Source: Podarcis bocagei (taxonomy: Eukaryota). From it: a stretch of DNA of 64,000 nt. The notes below the pieces were generated by a model. It was not told the origin of the DNA and did not search any database. It worked only from the letters and a program-made list of their open reading frames with translations. The stretch's first letter is position 1, and each line of letters begins with the position of its first letter. Positions 59,909-64,000 of this stretch are shown in pieces. Made by a program: the position numbers and the translations under genes. The DNA lies in assembly GCA_964188305.1 (NCBI GenBank), contig OZ076890.1. One strand, given 5' to 3'.

Positions 59909-61701
59909 CTGCAACAGAGCAAAGATTTGATGGAGTGATAAAAATATGAAAGCAGAACTATGAGAATGCCATGGTCTGGGAGCTACAGAGCCAGAGTAGT
60001 AGCAGCCAACAGGTCAAAGAACAACTGGGGGAGGACGGGGAGAAGAGGGACACATGGCTTGAAGAGCTGTTTAACCTTGTCTGTCATCAGTTTTTTTGCA
60101 TACTAACCGAAAACAAAATTAATCCCCATTAGCAGTTCTGAGTTAACAGAACCATTGCCTTAGCAACACTGGCTCCCACTGTCCTCTGGATCTCACTGCC
60201 CTGGATGAATTATTAGCCCTCTGGACATTAGCTGGGCTACCACACTCTACTTGTGCATAGAAAATAACAGCAATAAGTAAGGAACCTTGCAAGTGCTTGT
60301 GATTACACTCGAATCCTCGAATCCTAGATTCGAGGGCCTGGAGTTTTGCATATAAACTCCATCTCTCTTAATCTCTGCAGTAGAGGAGTTCCTGGGTTAG
60401 CAACTCACCATGTTTCTGATTAGTTCCAACAAACCTCATTCAATGCCACAAAAAACCTGTTGGCATCTGATAAAAAGAAGGAAATGTGTTTCTGCAAACA
60501 CCATGAACATGTTACAGACCTTGCAGTTTTAAACTGTTGTCAGCTACCCTCCTGAGTATTGCACAGGCAGCAGAAGGCAGGACCAAAATCTTTTTATACA
60601 TAATAAAATACTGTGCTGGGCTCTTGCCAGCAGGTTGGAAGTAAAGGTCCTTCATTTTTCTGGGTGTTCTTTAAAAAAAATACCTCCCCACTCACCAGAA
60701 ACAAGGGGAATGAAATAACTGGGACTGAGCTACATCCACTCGAGCTGGCTTAGTTCAATATCCTGTATGAGGGCATCTTGGGGGGACCTCACATCACAGC
60801 TTTCGCCATGTCTTTTCAGGGCATGCTGCCAATCCACCCCTGACATAACCCCTACTGATCTTGGAGCTGACACTGGTGGGGCCAGGACTGCAGAAAGGGG
60901 AATTAAACATTGGATAGCTCTCTCCGACTTCAGGGCAGGAGATCCAGTGCTTCCTATGGCCCTTGTGATCCCCTATCAGGGGCCAAAGATGGTGGGCTAA
61001 ATTATATACTAAAAGTGGTTTGGTGTGGAGAGGGTAGTTTTGTCTCAGTCTTTGCACAGACACACCGAAGTAAATTCTACAGGCTTCCTAACAGAAAGGG
61101 CACAGTACCAAAATATAAGATAAACGATCCCTCCCTTTAAAGCTATCCCATTTTTTGAAAGAGTGTCCTGAATTGAGCTTCTGACAGATGATCTGATAAG
61201 ACTTCAGGGTAAGGGTGTTCTACAGTTTGGGGACAGCAAGCAAGAATAATTCACTGCACATTCTTGTTCCCCTAAATTCTAGGATGGGTGGAATACATAG
61301 TAAAAAAGGGGGGTGAGATGTAATACCTTGCATATATATATATATAAAATGGATTTATTAGATTATAGCAGTTATATGGTTCTGACGTGCCAGGAAACAT
61401 TTTCATAGCACTGCATACATGATTTTCCAGACTGAGCACTTGGATAACTAATATATCCTTCCTTTGTGTGATACTTGTCCAGGATATCTTGCTCCTCGCT
61501 TGACAAGTGTATCTTCTAAATAATGATGATGCAATTACCACATTGCCTCCTGCCTCCTAACCAGCATTTGCTCTTTCCTGACTAAAAGGCAATTTTCGTA
61601 CAGGAAATCCTCATGTTATATGTCTATTATCCAGCCCTACCCCCTGATCACACTTGCAGGCCACTTGGCTGCATCACAATGTGATTTAGAACAAGTCTTA
61701 C

Positions 61702-61862
61702 CTCCCATTTTCTTAATTCTGCTGCATGAGTTTGCTCTTTTTCCATCATCTTCATTTTGAGTTCTTCCAGATTTGTGTTAACTGAAAGAGTCTGCAGGGC
61801 TTCCAAGTTCACTAATCGGCCAAATTTCAGCATCATCAGCTCATTGCATTTCTCTTCCAATC
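61702..61862 (-). CDS. CFAP44: CFAP44 coding exon
   Basis: tgcag|GA; LEEKCNELMMLKFGRLVNLEALQTLSVNTNLEELK...KWE|gtaaga; 161 nt. Confidence 0.9.
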
Positions 61863-63212
61863 CTGCAAGATGAGTTTAAGGCCTTTGTGTTCTCCCTATT
61901 TTCCTTTTTTAAGATATGTATACCTACACACACACAATACTACTGTGCATATTCAAAAATCCAATTCTAAACAGTGCAGCTCGCGGTAGCACAATCTGGG
62001 GGAGTGTGCAGGTAAATTAATTTGAATTGCAACAAAATGATGGATGACATGGCTTTGGAGAAGTTCTTTCCATCTCCAGAATACCACCAGAAAAGGTGGG
62101 TGTGGTTATTCTTTTTTGTACCAGATGTATGAGATACTTCAATCCTACCAGAATTTTAGCTGTTGCGATCTTTGCCACGAGCCATCCACAGGTCGTCTGC
62201 TGCACTCTCAAGAAGTCTTTATACCCAACCCTGTGCAGCAATAAGCCACCACTGGCACAGCAGCAGTGACAATAACCTCTGAAGTGGCCCTGACATGTCC
62301 CAAAGTTGGCACAGCATAATATACAATTGCACTGGGGAAAGGGTCTATTCCTATGCACTGCCAAGCAAGCTAAGCACTGTTTGGAAGGATCATTTTCTCT
62401 TGCATATGACTGATGCCCTTCTTTAGGTATCTACACACCATCAGAAATTAAGTGTGGTGCCCAGCTTATGGGATGCTCTCTGCAGAGAAAATCACCTGGC
62501 ACAAAACTTTGTGGCTTTAAGGCACTGGGCAAAGACTTTTTTTATCAGCTAAGGCCATTTTAAATGACGATACTGTCATTTTTCTGTTTTCAGCTGCTCA
62601 TCCTACCTGCTGTACTATTTTTTTATTTTTGCAAAAACAAAAAACACCTTAATTTGTAAGATGCCTTGATAGGCCTTTTTTGAAAAAAAAATATGAAAGG
62701 TAGGATAGAAATGTTTTAAATAAAGGAAGAAACAAAGCAAGTTGAGCAGTGCACAGGGTGAGGCCTGCAAGGTTCTCAAGTGTTTTACTTCCCTAGATTC
62801 ATTTCAGGTTCACAGCAATCCTTTAGGTTGCTTCACACATTGAGTTGGGGAAAATAAATGTTTTCTCACATGGGCACACACCATGGGGAGGCATGGTCAA
62901 CTGCGAGTTCTCAGTAGCATGCATTCATATTGCACATGTGTTTTACATTAGAATGCTACTTTTTCACCATGTATAATATGGATACACATCAAATGTCTCT
63001 GTGCAACATTCAGCTCTCATTTTCAGAAGAAGGAAAAGACACACATTTCTTCTGAAACTGAGGCTTTGTGTCAGTCCTTTCATTTGTAGAAAGAAGCTAA
63101 GGCACTTAGAGTATACCTCCCAAGCAATAATTGTCAGTCATGCGTGATATGCAGAGAGGAAAAGCCTTCACACACCATATAAAAAGAAACTGGAAACCCA
63201 GCATACACTCAC

Positions 63213-63414
63213 GGTCAATCTTAAGCATCATGTCCCTCCTGTCTCGAATGAGCTGTTTGTGCTGCTGCCGGGCCTTCTTATAGAGTTCTCTCTGCTCTAG
63301 TTTCTCCTCCTGCAGGACCATGATCCTCTGCTGCAAGTTCACCAAAGACTGGTTGGTAAACACCAAAGACTGCGAGAGGTCAGGGGGGATTTCTCCATTT
63401 GAGATATATTCCAC
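63213..63414 (-). CDS. CFAP44: CFAP44 coding exon (gene continues beyond window end)
   Basis: ggcag|GTG; VEYISNGEIPPDLSQSLVFTNQSL...QQHKQLIRDRRDM..ID; C|gtgagt; 202 nt; phase joins next exon. Confidence 0.9.
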
Positions 63415-63669
63415 CTGCCAGAAATAACCACAGACTTATAAACGTCTCTGGAGCAGAGTGTGTGGCATTGTTGCATCTATGACATTCCTCAGAAGTACAC
63501 ATGGCACTCTTTGCCCATGAGCTGTAACCCTCCAAGGCCACTTATGAGCAATAGGGGTCCATGGTGGCAGGGGGAGCAATAATCAGACAGCAACTCCACC
63601 CTGAATAAAATGTAATCCCCAGAGTCCCAGGTTTCCTTTTAAAAGAAAGGGTAGGTTTCTGGCATTTGC

Positions 63670-64000
63670 AGTGACAGCTGGACCATAAAGAAGGCTGATC
63701 GCCAAAGAATTGATGCTTTTGAATTATGGTGCTGGAGGAGACTCTTGAGAGTCCCATGGACTGCAAGAAGATCCAACCTATCCATTCTGAAGGAAACCAG
63801 CCCTGAGTGCTCACTGGAAGGACAGATCCTGAAGCTGAGGCTCCAATACTTTGGCCACCTCATGAGAAGAGAAGACTCCCTGGAAACGACCCTGATGTTG
63901 GGAAAGATGGAGGGCACAAGGAGAAGGAGATGACAGAGGACGAGATGGCTGGACAGTGTTCTCGAAGCTACCAGCATGAGTTTGACCAAACTGCGGGAGG
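63670..64000 (+). mobile_element. RTE/Bov-B LINE, 5'-truncated 3' part of ORF (runs off window)
   Basis: SWTIKKADRQRIDAFELWCWRRLLRVPWTARRSNLSILKE.SPECSLEGQILKLRLQYFGHLMRREDSLE.TLMLGK.EG.RRR, a Bov-B signature; in-frame TGA. Confidence 0.93.

Overview
Vertebrate (squamate reptile, probably a lacertid lizard judging from its repeat content) genomic DNA. The + strand carries the complete coding region of BOC (Brother of CDO, Hedgehog co-receptor: signal peptide, 4 Ig, 3 FN3, TM, cytoplasmic tail). I assembled it by hand as 18 GT-AG coding exons (23834-57552, 3303 nt, about 1100 aa), with intron phases consistent throughout. Its promoter and first UTR exon(s) appear to lie upstream of the window. 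The last four coding exons of CFAP44/WDR52 lie tail-to-tail on the - strand (63414->59198). Introns hold many transposon relics: Tc1/mariner- and hAT-type MITEs, L2, CR1, RTE/Bov-B, tRNA-derived SINEs and a Gypsy integrase relic. The most striking object is a very young Penelope-like insertion (29557-29900, 13-bp TSD). It forms a 134-bp near-perfect hairpin and carries a minimal hammerhead-ribozyme motif that is intact in the BOC sense direction and mutated in the antisense arm. Three pairs of oppositely oriented LINE tails also bracket frame-preserving blocks of BOC ectodomain exons (candidate circRNA/exon-skipping drivers). Comparisons to human proteins are from recall, not from a search.
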